Shown in pieces: positions 39,392-49,984 of a stretch of DNA of 64,000 nt (positions within the stretch are counted from its first letter, which is position 1; every line of letters begins with the position of its first letter). This DNA comes from Halarcobacter sp. Lineage in GTDB: Bacteria > Campylobacterota > Campylobacteria > Campylobacterales > Arcobacteraceae. Location: NCBI GenBank assembly GCA_048571215.1, contig CP182352.1, positions 2,560,001 to 2,624,000 on the forward strand, written 5' to 3'. A model generated the notes under the pieces. It saw nothing but the letters and a program-made list of their open reading frames with translations. It searched no databases and had not been told where the DNA came from. The translations under genes were made by a program, and so were the position numbers.

Positions 39392-42122
39392 ACTTTAAAT
39401 CCACCCCATCATCTTTTAAATATATTATGCAAGAGTTTACACTATTTATTTGGTAAATCTCTTTTATAGCTTTTTTATAATGGTTTACTTGAACCTCATG
39501 TTCAATTAACTGCTCTTTTGTTGTTTTATAATCAAAAATATAAATTTGATCCTCTTTTTCAACTAATAAATCTATGATTTTTAACTCATTTTCATATATT
39601 AAAGATTGCTCTTTTTTACAAATGCTATTTTTAACTATATTTTGAAACCTCTCATTTTCTATCAATTTTTTTATTGAACTTTCAATTATAGTAAAATCAC
39701 TTTCATTTAAATATGTGGAATATCTATTTTGAACTAGTTTTAAAGATTTGTCTAAAGAAACTTTGTCAAAACTTGTCATCATCTCCAAACAATAATGGGT
39801 TGCTATTCCATAATATTTTGCATGTAGAGAGTAAGTGTTTTCCTCATCTTTATCCTCTTGTATTGGTTTATCTTGTTTACCTAAATCAACACCTTTGTAT
39901 GTTACTTTTTTTACTTTTTCATATTTTTTATTACTATTTTCACTTTTTATTAAGTTACCAACTTTTGAAGGCTCTAAACCCAAAAGTTCAAAAACAGATT
40001 TTTCACTCTTTTTAAATATAATCATATTATTTTTAGCTCTTGTCAATCCCACATATAAAATATTTAGTTCATCTTCTAAGGCTAAGCTTTTCTCTTTTTC
40101 TAAAGCATTTTTGTAGTTTTCATCATAATTTTCTAAATTTGAAATTTTATAATAGATATTTTTCAACTCTATATTATCATACTCAAAAAGTAAGGGATCT
40201 TTATTTGCCATTTTTTGTTTTATTCTATCCATTAGAATAACTGTATGAAACTCCAAACCTTTTGATTTAAATACTGTTAATATCTGTAAACCAAATTGTT
40301 CTTGGTTTTGCATTGTAGCTTCAAGCTTATCTATTTCATATACAAAATCAACAATATTTTTAAAACCACTTAAATTTTCTATTAGTTTTATAACATTATC
40401 ATCTAAAATATTTAATTGTTTTGCAATATTTAATACAACTTCATTTAGTTGTAGTTTTTTTATATCTACTTTTAAATCAATCTCACTTAAAGGTTCTCTT
40501 CCTAATATAGCATTTAAATTCTCTTTATAAATCTCTTCATCAAAATATAAATATTTAACAGCATTTATAACCCCATTTACATTCTCTTGATTTATAAGTT
40601 TAGAGGTCATCTCTGTTGTTATTTTCAAAGAGGGAAACATCACTTTCAAATATGAATATATTTCCAAAACATCATCATTTGTATAGGTAAGGATTGAAAT
40701 ATCATCACTATCAACCCCATCTTGTAAAAGTTGTGCAATCTTTTTTGCTAGATTTTTATATCTATCTTCACTTTCACTTATACTCTCATCTTCAAAAACC
40801 TCTACATATCCCCCATCTTTTATAGTTAGTTGATTATGATATTCATAGTTTGGTATTTTATTAAAAGATTCATTTACAAAATTTATAATATTTTCACATG
40901 ACCTATAATTTGTGTTTAATACTTCTACACTAAGCTGTTCATATCTATTTGCCAAATAATCAAAGAGTTCCCTTTTCCCACCTCTAAATCTATATATGGA
41001 TTGTTTAGTATCTCCCACGTAAAAAAAAGTTTGAAATTTATCATTTTTACTTGCTATTATCTCCTCTATTAAAGGTTCTAATATCTTATATTGTAAAAGT
41101 GAAGTATCTTGGAACTCATCCATTAATATATGAGAATACTTTGTATCTAATCTAAAATATAAAAAATCTTTATCAATTTTAGTGCTTAAAAGTTCATATG
41201 TTAAGTTAGATATATCACTAAAGGTTAGATAGTTTTTTGATTTATTATAATTAAATTTAAAATTTTTATACAAAGTATATAGGTGATTTAATCTACCAAG
41301 GGTAAATCCTTGTCTAAGTTTATAATATATGGCAATTTGTTCTTTTAAAAAAGAGAAATACTCTTCTAAAAGTTCATTTGAACACTTTTTAAAATACTTA
41401 TGGGAACTCATAGTTTCATAATTTAACCAATTTTTAGAGATAAGCTCATCAAAATTATCAAACTCAACACTTTTTTTAACAGCATTTGAAGCAACAGGAC
41501 AATTAAAAATAAACTCTTTTATTTTATATGCATTCTTTAAGACCTCATCTTTTTGAATAGCAATTAAACTTGCATCAATATTTAAAGGTTTTATCTCTTC
41601 ATATTTTTCATAAAGATTAGAAAAAATCTCAAAAATAGAGTTATACTTTTTATTCTCATGGAGACTAAACTCTAAAAGTTTATCAAAATCATCAAGCTCT
41701 AATTTTTGTAAAAAATTTGAACTTAATTTTTCTATATCATCATTTTTAATCTCAAAATCATCAGAGAGACCAATATATCCACAAAATTCCCTTAAAATTT
41801 TATTTACAAATTTATCAATTGTAAAAATACTTAAATTTGAATCTATAAATTGTTCAAGTAAATACTCTTTTTTTTCTAATATTTTTTCACTACTAAAGTT
41901 TGTAAGTTCTGAAATTTGTTTTAAATAATTTTTATCTTCCCCTAAATGGATTAATGTATTATGTATTCTTTCACTCATCTCATTTGCTGCTTTATTAGTA
42001 AATGTTAGGGTCAATATCTCATTTGGTTTTGCACCAAATAAAAGTAAAGATATGTAACGTACCGTTAAAGCAAAGGTTTTTCCACTTCCTGCGCTTGCTT
42101 TTAATGCTAAATAATTTTCCAT
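39384..42122 (-). CDS. addA: AddA/RecB-like helicase-nuclease
   Basis: ASAGSGKT, TFTNKAA, DEFQDT, VGDTKQSIYRFRG, KSKGLEF, YVGLTRAK, C-terminal DYKT nuclease motif. Start taken at MENY. Confidence 0.92.
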   Translation of the reverse strand: MENYLALKASAGSGKTFALTVRYISLLLFGAKPNEILTLTFTNKAANEMSERIHNTLIHLGEDKNYLKQISELTNFSSEKILEKKEYLLEQFIDSNLSIFTIDKFVNKILREFCGYIGLSDDFEIKNDDIEKLSSNFLQKLELDDFDKLLEFSLHENKKYNSIFEIFSNLYEKYEEIKPLNIDASLIAIQKDEVLKNAYKIKEFIFNCPVASNAVKKSVEFDNFDELISKNWLNYETMSSHKYFKKCSNELLEEYFSFLKEQIAIYYKLRQGFTLGRLNHLYTLYKNFKFNYNKSKNYLTFSDISNLTYELLSTKIDKDFLYFRLDTKYSHILMDEFQDTSLLQYKILEPLIEEIIASKNDKFQTFFYVGDTKQSIYRFRGGKRELFDYLANRYEQLSVEVLNTNYRSCENIINFVNESFNKIPNYEYHNQLTIKDGGYVEVFEDESISESEDRYKNLAKKIAQLLQDGVDSDDISILTYTNDDVLEIYSYLKVMFPSLKITTEMTSKLINQENVNGVINAVKYLYFDEEIYKENLNAILGREPLSEIDLKVDIKKLQLNEVVLNIAKQLNILDDNVIKLIENLSGFKNIVDFVYEIDKLEATMQNQEQFGLQILTVFKSKGLEFHTVILMDRIKQKMANKDPLLFEYDNIELKNIYYKISNLENYDENYKNALEKEKSLALEDELNILYVGLTRAKNNMIIFKKSEKSVFELLGLEPSKVGNLIKSENSNKKYEKVKKVTYKGVDLGKQDKPIQEDKDEENTYSLHAKYYGIATHYCLEMMTSFDKVSLDKSLKLVQNRYSTYLNESDFTIIESSIKKLIENERFQNIVKNSICKKEQSLIYENELKIIDLLVEKEDQIYIFDYKTTKEQLIEHEVQVNHYKKAIKEIYQINSVNSCIIYLKDDGVDLKFI

Positions 42123-42259
42123 AGGCAATTGTACAATAAGCAAGATTAAGCTACATAAATGTAAATTTATCTTAAAATTAATTGAGAAAATAAATTAATT
42201 ATAATAATTAAGAAAAATAATGATAAAATCTTTTTTAATATTATATGAAGGCAAAAAAA

Positions 42260-44101
42260 ATGGGTTCAAAACGGAAAATTTCACTTTCACTGTTCTTAGT
42301 AATGGCTATTATGTTTATTATTCTTATTGCCAATATCTTAATGAATTTTCGTGATTATGGATTAAAGAGTGTTGAGAATAAGGCTAAGGCAATTGCACAA
42401 ACTGTAAAACATAGTTTAACCTCTCATATGGTTAATGGAGTAATTGATAATAGGGAATTATTTTTAGAACAAATTTCAAATCTAGAAAATATAGATGAAA
42501 TTTGGTTATCAAGAGCTCCTGCTATAATCGAACAGTTTGGAAAAGGGAATAATAATGAAGTTGCCAGAGATAAAATTGATGAAGAGGTTCTACACACGGG
42601 ACATGAAAAAGCTGTAGTTGAAGAGAGAATCTTTGGTAAAAGTTCATATAGAATCACAATTCCATATATTGGTTCATCAGAAGGAACAATAGACTGTTTA
42701 TCATGTCATACAACTGCTAAGCCTGGAGATACACTTGGAGCTATTACTATTACCATGTCAGTTGATGATATTAAAGAGGTTGGTATGGTTACAGTTGGTA
42801 ATACAATTGTAATTGCTTTAGTTCTAATCATTTTCATACTACTTTTTGTAAATAAATTAATTTCACCATTTTTAGTACTATTTGAGTCAATCAATAGAGT
42901 TATGGAGAAAGCACAAAAAGGTGACTACTCTGATAGAATTGGTCAAACTGATGGGAAACATAGTGATGCTGTCGCAACATGGATTGATAGTCTATTGGAA
43001 AAACTTCAAACTACTCTTGATGATATTGAACAAAAAATTAGTGTATTTTTAGTACATCAAAAAAGTCAAAGAACTGATCCATTAATAGATGTTAAATCTA
43101 CAGTAAATAGACTTGCTGATATTTACAGATTTAGAAAAACTATAGAACATGATGAGCATATAAATGAGGTTTATGAAAGACTAGCTTACATTTTAAGGGA
43201 AAAATTCCAACTAAAAGATTTTAATTTTATTGAAGCTGATACTACCCACAAAAATGTAAAAATTGTTTATAAAGAGAAAGAGATTCATTGTAATGCACAA
43301 GATGGATGTAGAGCAGATAGAACAAATACAATAGTAAACTCATGCCAATTTCATCATATGTGTGATAAATTTGAACATGATACAAATAAACTTTATCTTT
43401 GTATCCCTTACTCTATCTCTAATGATTTAGACTTTATTGTTTCTATTGTTAGTGATACAAAAGAGGATCATGAAAGAGTACTTACTTTATTGCCATCAGT
43501 TCAAGACTACATAGATACTGCAAAACCAGAGATTGTAAGTAAAAAGCTAATGCATATGTTAGAACTTACTGCAAGAACTGACCCTTTAACTGGTTTATTT
43601 AATAGAAAATATTTAGAAGAATCAGTTAAAACTATAGTATCTCAAGCAAAACGTTCTAAAACTACATATGGAATACTTATGGCAGATATTGATTATTTTA
43701 AAATGATTAATGATACCTATGGACATGATGTTGGTGATGAAGCTATTAAGATAATTTCACAAACACTTATTGAAAATGTTAGGGAATCTGATATAGTAGT
43801 AAGGTTTGGTGGAGAAGAGTTCATTGTCTTACTTTATAATTGTGATGAAGAGTATATTTTAGAAGTTGCAGAAAAAATTAGAATTGCCTTTTCTAAAAAA
43901 GAGATTCCAGCAGGAACTACAACTTTTAATAAAACGATTAGTATAGGTGCTTCTATTTTTCCAACACATACAGATAACTTCTGGCAATGTTTAAAATATG
44001 CTGACTTAGCACTATACCATGCTAAAGAAAATGGTAGAAATAAATCAGTAATATTTTCTAAAGATATTTTAAAAGAAAGTGATTTAGGTGATGAGTATTA
44101 A
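42260..44101 (+). CDS. Membrane diguanylate cyclase with periplasmic CxxCH motif, HAMP-like and GAF-like regions
   Basis: Two TM helices around a domain containing CLSCH. DPLTGLFNR, RESD I-site, GGEEF. Confidence 0.9.
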   Translation: MGSKRKISLSLFLVMAIMFIILIANILMNFRDYGLKSVENKAKAIAQTVKHSLTSHMVNGVIDNRELFLEQISNLENIDEIWLSRAPAIIEQFGKGNNNEVARDKIDEEVLHTGHEKAVVEERIFGKSSYRITIPYIGSSEGTIDCLSCHTTAKPGDTLGAITITMSVDDIKEVGMVTVGNTIVIALVLIIFILLFVNKLISPFLVLFESINRVMEKAQKGDYSDRIGQTDGKHSDAVATWIDSLLEKLQTTLDDIEQKISVFLVHQKSQRTDPLIDVKSTVNRLADIYRFRKTIEHDEHINEVYERLAYILREKFQLKDFNFIEADTTHKNVKIVYKEKEIHCNAQDGCRADRTNTIVNSCQFHHMCDKFEHDTNKLYLCIPYSISNDLDFIVSIVSDTKEDHERVLTLLPSVQDYIDTAKPEIVSKKLMHMLELTARTDPLTGLFNRKYLEESVKTIVSQAKRSKTTYGILMADIDYFKMINDTYGHDVGDEAIKIISQTLIENVRESDIVVRFGGEEFIVLLYNCDEEYILEVAEKIRIAFSKKEIPAGTTTFNKTISIGASIFPTHTDNFWQCLKYADLALYHAKENGRNKSVIFSKDILKESDLGDEY

Positions 44102-44252
44102 TACTCCTCCCTACTTCATTTTAAGTTTTTCCTTTATATAAAATTTTCAAATCGAACTTCTTCTAATCTCTATTATTTAATAAATAAGCAATTTTTGAGT
44201 ATAATGCACAACTTAATAAAAATTGAATACTTAAAAAAAGGTCAAAAAACCT

Positions 44253-45158
44253 ATGCAAAAAAAACTACATAAAGTACAAACCCTCTTAGATGCTATACCA
44301 TACATAAAAAAATTTTATGGGAAAACAATTGTTATAAAATATGGGGGTTCAGCACAAACTAGTCCTGAACTAAAAGAGAAATTTGCAGAAGATATAGTAC
44401 TTCTTTCCCTTGTTGGAATTAAACCTGTAATTGTACATGGTGGAGGTTCTAGAATAACAGAACTTCTAAGTAAACTAAATATCCCTTCAAAGTTTGTAGA
44501 TGGGCATAGAGTTACTTGTGAAGATAGTATGAGAGTTGTAGAAATGGTTCTTAGTGGTGAAATCAACAAAAATATAACTTCACTTTTAAATCATCATGGG
44601 GCAAAAGCGATTGGTATATCAGGAAAAGACTCAGCTATTATAAAAGCTATACCAAAAGATAATGGAAAGTTTGGATATACAGGTGTAATAACTGAAATTA
44701 ATGGAGGGATGATTAATAACCTTATCAAAGAGGGATTTATTCCTGTTATAGCTCCAATAGCAGACAGTGCTGAACCTAATCATCCTGGCTTTAATATAAA
44801 TGCAGATGTGGCAGCTTCAAAAATCGCAAGTGCAGTGGGAGCACAAAAAGTACTATTTTTAACTGATACTGTTGGGGTATTAGATAAAGAGGGAAATCTT
44901 CTAAATTCACTAGATAAAGAGGATGTAGAAAAATACAAAAATGATGAAACAATTGCAGGTGGAATGATACCAAAAGTTGATTCATGTATAGATGCAATTT
45001 ATAATGGCGTAAACAAAGCACATATTATAGATGGTAGAGTTGAACACTCAATTTTATTAGAACTATTCACAAGTGATGGTGTTGGCACTCAATTTTTAAG
45101 AAAAGACAATCCAAACAATGGAATAGATTTTGAAAAGTTATTAAAAGATAATGTATAA
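44253..45158 (+). CDS. argB: Acetylglutamate kinase
   Basis: IKYGG, VHGGG, NINAD, GGMIPKV. Confidence 0.96.
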   Translation: MQKKLHKVQTLLDAIPYIKKFYGKTIVIKYGGSAQTSPELKEKFAEDIVLLSLVGIKPVIVHGGGSRITELLSKLNIPSKFVDGHRVTCEDSMRVVEMVLSGEINKNITSLLNHHGAKAIGISGKDSAIIKAIPKDNGKFGYTGVITEINGGMINNLIKEGFIPVIAPIADSAEPNHPGFNINADVAASKIASAVGAQKVLFLTDTVGVLDKEGNLLNSLDKEDVEKYKNDETIAGGMIPKVDSCIDAIYNGVNKAHIIDGRVEHSILLELFTSDGVGTQFLRKDNPNNGIDFEKLLKDNV

Positions 45159-45243
45159 AAAAAGATACATTTTAGTGTAATTGCTTCATTTTAAAGAGGC
45201 TAAATATAAACTCCCTTGAAAGGGATTATTTTTAAGGATATAT

Positions 45244-46722
45244 ATGAATTTTATTGAAACAAGAGGAAATGATGGAATAAAAAGTTCTGAAGTAACATTT
45301 AGTGAAGCTATACTAAACCCTAGTGCTTCATTTGGTGGTCTTTATGTTCCAAAACATCTACCTAAGCTAGAAGAGAACTTTATACAAAACCACATAGATA
45401 AAAACTACAAAGAGTTAGCTTTTGATATATTAAAAGCCTTTGAAATTGATATAAGCCAAGAGGAGATAAACAAAGCTTTATCTTTATATGATAATTTTGA
45501 TAATCCACAAAACCCTTGTCCCGTTGTAAAAGTAAAAGAGGATTTATTTGTTCATGAACAATACCATGGACCTACACGTGCCTTTAAGGATATGGCACTT
45601 CAACCCTTTGGTTCAATATTAAGCTCTATTGCAAAAAAAAGAGATGAACACTATCTTATCTTAGCTGCAACTTCGGGAGACACAGGTCCTGCTGCACTTA
45701 ATACTTTTAAAAATAAAGACAATATTCAAGTTGCTTGTTTATATCCAGATGGAGGGACAAGTGATGTGCAAAAACTACAAATGGTTTGTGAAGATGGGAA
45801 AAACTTAAAAGTATTAGGTATACATGGCAATTTTGATGATGCTCAATCAGCATTAAAAAACTTACTTTCATCTGAAACATTTAAAAAAGAATTAGAAAAT
45901 GATGGAATAAAACTAAGTGCTGCAAACTCTGTAAACTTTGGTAGAATTATATTTCAAATCATCTACCATTTCTGGTCATATATTCAACTTCTAAAGCAAG
46001 AAGAAATTAAATATGGTGAAAAAATATACTTAGTTGTTCCTAGTGGAAACTTTGGTAATGTCTTAGGTGGTTTTTATGCAATGCAAATGGGAGTACCTAT
46101 TGAAAAACTTCTTGTTGCATCAAATGAAAATGATATCTTAACTCAATGGATAAATACAGGTATATATGATATTAGAGATAAAGAACTTAAACTTACAAAA
46201 TCTCCTGCAATGGATATTTTAAAATCTTCAAATATAGAAAGAGTTTTATACTCACTATATGGAGCAAGTAGAACAAAAGAGTTTATGGAAGATTTAAATG
46301 ATAAAAAAATCTTCACTATGAATAAAGAGGAAACACTTAAACTTAAAAAATATTTTAGTGCAATTAATTCAGATGATGCGTATGGTGCAAAAACCATCAA
46401 GAACTTTTTAGATGCAGGATATTTGATGGATCCACATACTGCAACTTGCATAAAAGCCTATGAAAATTTAAAAGAAAAAAACTTAAAAACAGTTATCTAC
46501 TCAACAGCAGAATGGACAAAATTTTCACCAACTGTATTAAATGCTTTAAATGAAGATAAGATAAAATATGCCGACAAAGAGGCACTTGAAGTGATTTCAA
46601 GTAAATATAATGTTACTCTTCCAGAAACAATTAAAGATCTATTTACATCACAAATCAATCACAATAGTATAATTAATAAAAAAGATATAGAATCTGAAAT
46701 CGTAAAATTTATTAGAGGCTAA
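45244..46722 (+). CDS. thrC: Threonine synthase
   Basis: HGPTRAFKD, ATSGDTG, NSVNFGR, PSGNFGN, DPHTA. Confidence 0.96.
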   Translation: MNFIETRGNDGIKSSEVTFSEAILNPSASFGGLYVPKHLPKLEENFIQNHIDKNYKELAFDILKAFEIDISQEEINKALSLYDNFDNPQNPCPVVKVKEDLFVHEQYHGPTRAFKDMALQPFGSILSSIAKKRDEHYLILAATSGDTGPAALNTFKNKDNIQVACLYPDGGTSDVQKLQMVCEDGKNLKVLGIHGNFDDAQSALKNLLSSETFKKELENDGIKLSAANSVNFGRIIFQIIYHFWSYIQLLKQEEIKYGEKIYLVVPSGNFGNVLGGFYAMQMGVPIEKLLVASNENDILTQWINTGIYDIRDKELKLTKSPAMDILKSSNIERVLYSLYGASRTKEFMEDLNDKKIFTMNKEETLKLKKYFSAINSDDAYGAKTIKNFLDAGYLMDPHTATCIKAYENLKEKNLKTVIYSTAEWTKFSPTVLNALNEDKIKYADKEALEVISSKYNVTLPETIKDLFTSQINHNSIINKKDIESEIVKFIRG

Positions 46723-46878
46723 GCCTCTAATAATAAAACCTATACATAATATTGTCTATTTTATGTGTAGATTAATCACACCCTTGTTACAAATCGTCAC
46801 AAAACCATAGCAAATTAATAGCATTTAAGTAAATTTAGACTATAATGTAAAGATTTAAATTTAAAATAAGGAAGCTAA

Positions 46879-47379
46879 ATGTCTAACGATACAAATAGAC
46901 GAGATTTTCTAGGTTATACATTTGCAGCTGTTGCAGCAGTTGGTGGAGCGGCCTCTCTTGTTGGGATGAAACAAGTTTGGGATCCATTACCAAGTGTATT
47001 AGCTGGGGGATTTACAACAATTGAACTTAGCGCAATTAAAGCTGGAGAACCGGAAACATTTTCATGGAGAGGTAAGCCGATTTTTATACTAAAGAAAACG
47101 GCAGAGATGAAAGATAACAAAAGAGACTTAATAGTTGATGGTGCTAGATTTACAGTTGCTATTGGTTTATGTACACACCTTGGTTGTATTCCTGCATGGA
47201 AAAAAACCAAATGGAAATGTGCATGTCACGGTGGGGAATTTAACCCAAGTGCAGAAAATATTTTTGGTCCTCCTCCAAGACCACTTGATTTACCTCCATT
47301 TAAAGTTCATGGAACTTCTATTGTATTAGGTGAAGAAGGTCCTGAATATAAAAAAATTGCTGCGGCAATGAAAGCATAA
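46879..47379 (+). CDS. petA: Rieske Fe-S subunit of the bc1 complex
   Basis: Tat motif RRDFL, CTHLGC, CACHGG. Confidence 0.97.
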   Translation: MSNDTNRRDFLGYTFAAVAAVGGAASLVGMKQVWDPLPSVLAGGFTTIELSAIKAGEPETFSWRGKPIFILKKTAEMKDNKRDLIVDGARFTVAIGLCTHLGCIPAWKKTKWKCACHGGEFNPSAENIFGPPPRPLDLPPFKVHGTSIVLGEEGPEYKKIAAAMKA

Positions 47380-47389
47380 GGAGTAGAGT

Positions 47390-48637
47390 ATGGCAAAAAT
47401 TGAAAAAGCTAACTCTGTAGGAGAGTGGTTCGACCAAAGACTTAATATTACAGCTCTTAATAAAGTTATGATGACTGAATATTGGATTCCAAAAAATATC
47501 AACTTCTTATGGGCAATGGGGGTTTTACTAGCAGTAACTTTTACAATCTTAGTAATCTCTGGTATGTTCTTAATGATGTACTACAAACCAGATGTAAATT
47601 TAGCATTTGATTCTGTTAACTACACAATTATGCAAGAGGTTAGATTTGGTTGGTTGTTTAGACATATGCATGGAGTTGCAGCTTCAGTTGTATTCTTAAT
47701 TATATATATCCATATGTTTACGGGAATCTATTATGGTTCTTACAAAAGAGGTAGAGAGATGATCTGGATCTCTGGGATGTTACTATTTATGACATTTAGT
47801 GCAGCTGGATTTTCTGGATATATGTTACCATGGGGACAAATGTCTTATTGGGCAGCAATGGTTATTACAAACCTTTTTGGTGGTATCCCATTTATTGGTG
47901 ATTCTTTAGTTGTATGGATTAGAGGTGACTTTAATGTTGCTGATGCAACTTTAACAAGATTCTTTATGTTACATGTATTCTTATTACCTGTAGTTATTAT
48001 GGGTCTTATTGGTTTACACTTCTATACTTTAAGAATCCCTCACGTAAATAATCAAGATTCAGATGAGATTGATTTTGATGTTGAAGCTGAAAAGTATTTA
48101 AGTGGAAATAAAAAAGAATCAAAAGTTATCCCTTTCTGGCCAATATTTATTTCAAAAGATTTAGCAGTTCTAGGTATTTTCTTAATATTCTATTTTTACT
48201 TAGTATTTTTCCATTATAACTTTGCTATGGACCCAGTTAACTTTGATCCTGCAGACAATATGGTTACACCTGCACATATTTATCCTGAGTGGTATTTCTT
48301 ATGGTCATATGAAGTATTAAGAGGTTTCTTCTTTGATATTGCTGGAGTAAAAGCCTTTGATATTGGTTTAGCAGCATTTGGTTTTGCTAATGTAATTTTC
48401 TTATTATTACCATTTTTAGATAGAGATCCTGCAATTTTACCTGCTCATAAAAGACCAGTTTTCTTTGTATGGTTTTGGATTATGCTTATTGACTTAATTG
48501 TATTAACAGTTTATGGTAAATTACCTCCAACAGGAGCTAATGCATGGGTTGGATTCTTTGCTGCAGTAGCATTTATTTTAATCTTTGTATCATTACCAAT
48601 AGTTTCTAAAATTGATGCAAAAAGAAGAGGTGTATAA
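47390..48637 (+). CDS. petB: Cytochrome b
   Basis: GYMLPWGQMSYW, PEWY. Confidence 0.98.
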   Translation: MAKIEKANSVGEWFDQRLNITALNKVMMTEYWIPKNINFLWAMGVLLAVTFTILVISGMFLMMYYKPDVNLAFDSVNYTIMQEVRFGWLFRHMHGVAASVVFLIIYIHMFTGIYYGSYKRGREMIWISGMLLFMTFSAAGFSGYMLPWGQMSYWAAMVITNLFGGIPFIGDSLVVWIRGDFNVADATLTRFFMLHVFLLPVVIMGLIGLHFYTLRIPHVNNQDSDEIDFDVEAEKYLSGNKKESKVIPFWPIFISKDLAVLGIFLIFYFYLVFFHYNFAMDPVNFDPADNMVTPAHIYPEWYFLWSYEVLRGFFFDIAGVKAFDIGLAAFGFANVIFLLLPFLDRDPAILPAHKRPVFFVWFWIMLIDLIVLTVYGKLPPTGANAWVGFFAAVAFILIFVSLPIVSKIDAKRRGV

Positions 48638-49509
48638 TGAAAGAATTAAAAATATTAGCAGTTGTAGTAGTATTTACATTAATTACATATATTGGTGTTG
48701 AACCTTATGCTCATATGAAAATGCATCCACATGTTGAAGCACCTGATTACACTTTTAAAGATGTTGATGGTTTAAATGGTTTAAAAGGAAATGCTGAAAA
48801 TGGTGCTACCTTAGTACAAACAAATTGTACTGCTTGTCACTCAATTGAAAAAGCTGGTTTCCCACCTGTAATGGATGACGCAAGTGCAGCAGCAGCATAC
48901 GGGGTTGTTCCACCTGATTTAAGTACAGCTGGAAAATTATACAATGCTGACTACTTAGCTGCATTCATTAAAGACCCTGCAACAGCATCAAATGTTTCAC
49001 ATAAATTTGTAGATGGTAGAGTTCATCCAATGCCTTCATATAACTGGATGCAACCTCAAGAGATTGCAGATATGGTTGCATATTTACAATCAATTGCTCC
49101 AAAAGAGATGACTGCAAAAGAAACATTTACTGATGCGTGTCAAAGATGTCACTCAATTAAATATGGAGATATGAAAGGTGGTTCAATGAACGCAAAAACA
49201 CCTGTTGAAAATATCAAAGCATATATGGGAAAAATTCCACCAGATTTATCTCAATATATTAGATCAAGAGGTGAAGAATATCTTCATGAATTTATTAATA
49301 ACCCACAAAAACACCTTGAAGGTACAGCAATGCCTAGAGTTGGTTTGACATTAGAAGCTGAAAATAAAGTGATTGAATATATGGAAGAAGTTGGTGATTC
49401 TAAAAAAGCTGAAAGAGAAGCCTTAGGACCTAAATTCTTAATTTATCTAGTTATTTTTGCTATCTTCGCATGGTTATGGAAAGCTAGTAAATGGAGAGAT
49501 GTTCACTAA
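48637..49509 (+). CDS. petC: Cytochrome c1 (diheme type)
   Basis: CTACH and CQRCH, PPDLS twice, C-terminal TM. Confidence 0.95.
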   Translation: MKELKILAVVVVFTLITYIGVEPYAHMKMHPHVEAPDYTFKDVDGLNGLKGNAENGATLVQTNCTACHSIEKAGFPPVMDDASAAAAYGVVPPDLSTAGKLYNADYLAAFIKDPATASNVSHKFVDGRVHPMPSYNWMQPQEIADMVAYLQSIAPKEMTAKETFTDACQRCHSIKYGDMKGGSMNAKTPVENIKAYMGKIPPDLSQYIRSRGEEYLHEFINNPQKHLEGTAMPRVGLTLEAENKVIEYMEEVGDSKKAEREALGPKFLIYLVIFAIFAWLWKASKWRDVH

Positions 49510-49558
49510 GAACATCTCTAATTTTAATTAATTAGATAATACTAATAAGGGGAATAAA

Positions 49559-49954
49559 ATGAAACTATTAAATATTTTAACAGCAGCAGTGCTAACTATC
49601 TCTGTTGCATCAGCTCAAGATATCATGCAACAATCTATGGCAATCATGGAAAAGGGTATGACTCAAATTCAACAAGGTTTTTTAAATAACAATATTGAAA
49701 TAATCAAAGAGGGAACAAAACTAGTAAAACATGGAAATAAACTATTTTCAGATAGAAAAGTTATCTCTGAATATCTTCCAAAAGATAAAAAACATATGAT
49801 TAATGTTGCAGCTAATGCTTCAAAAAGAATTGAACTTGATGTAAGTGTTTTAGAACTAAATTTAGATGATAAAGCATACATCAATGCAGCAAATGCATAC
49901 TCAGATGTTTTAAATGCATGTGCTAGATGCCACTCTATTGTTAGAAGTTGGTAA
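49559..49954 (+). CDS. Periplasmic class II (c'-like) cytochrome c
   Basis: Signal peptide, helical sequence, C-terminal CARCH. Confidence 0.8.
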   Translation: MKLLNILTAAVLTISVASAQDIMQQSMAIMEKGMTQIQQGFLNNNIEIIKEGTKLVKHGNKLFSDRKVISEYLPKDKKHMINVAANASKRIELDVSVLELNLDDKAYINAANAYSDVLNACARCHSIVRSW

Positions 49955-49984
49955 TCTTTTATAAGATAGACTATTAAGTCTATC

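Noticed and set aside
48637..49509. Diheme cytochrome c1, isolated atpB and short hisG as novelties
   Set aside because: Diheme c1 and a separate atpB are established Campylobacterota traits, and short-form HisG is widespread.
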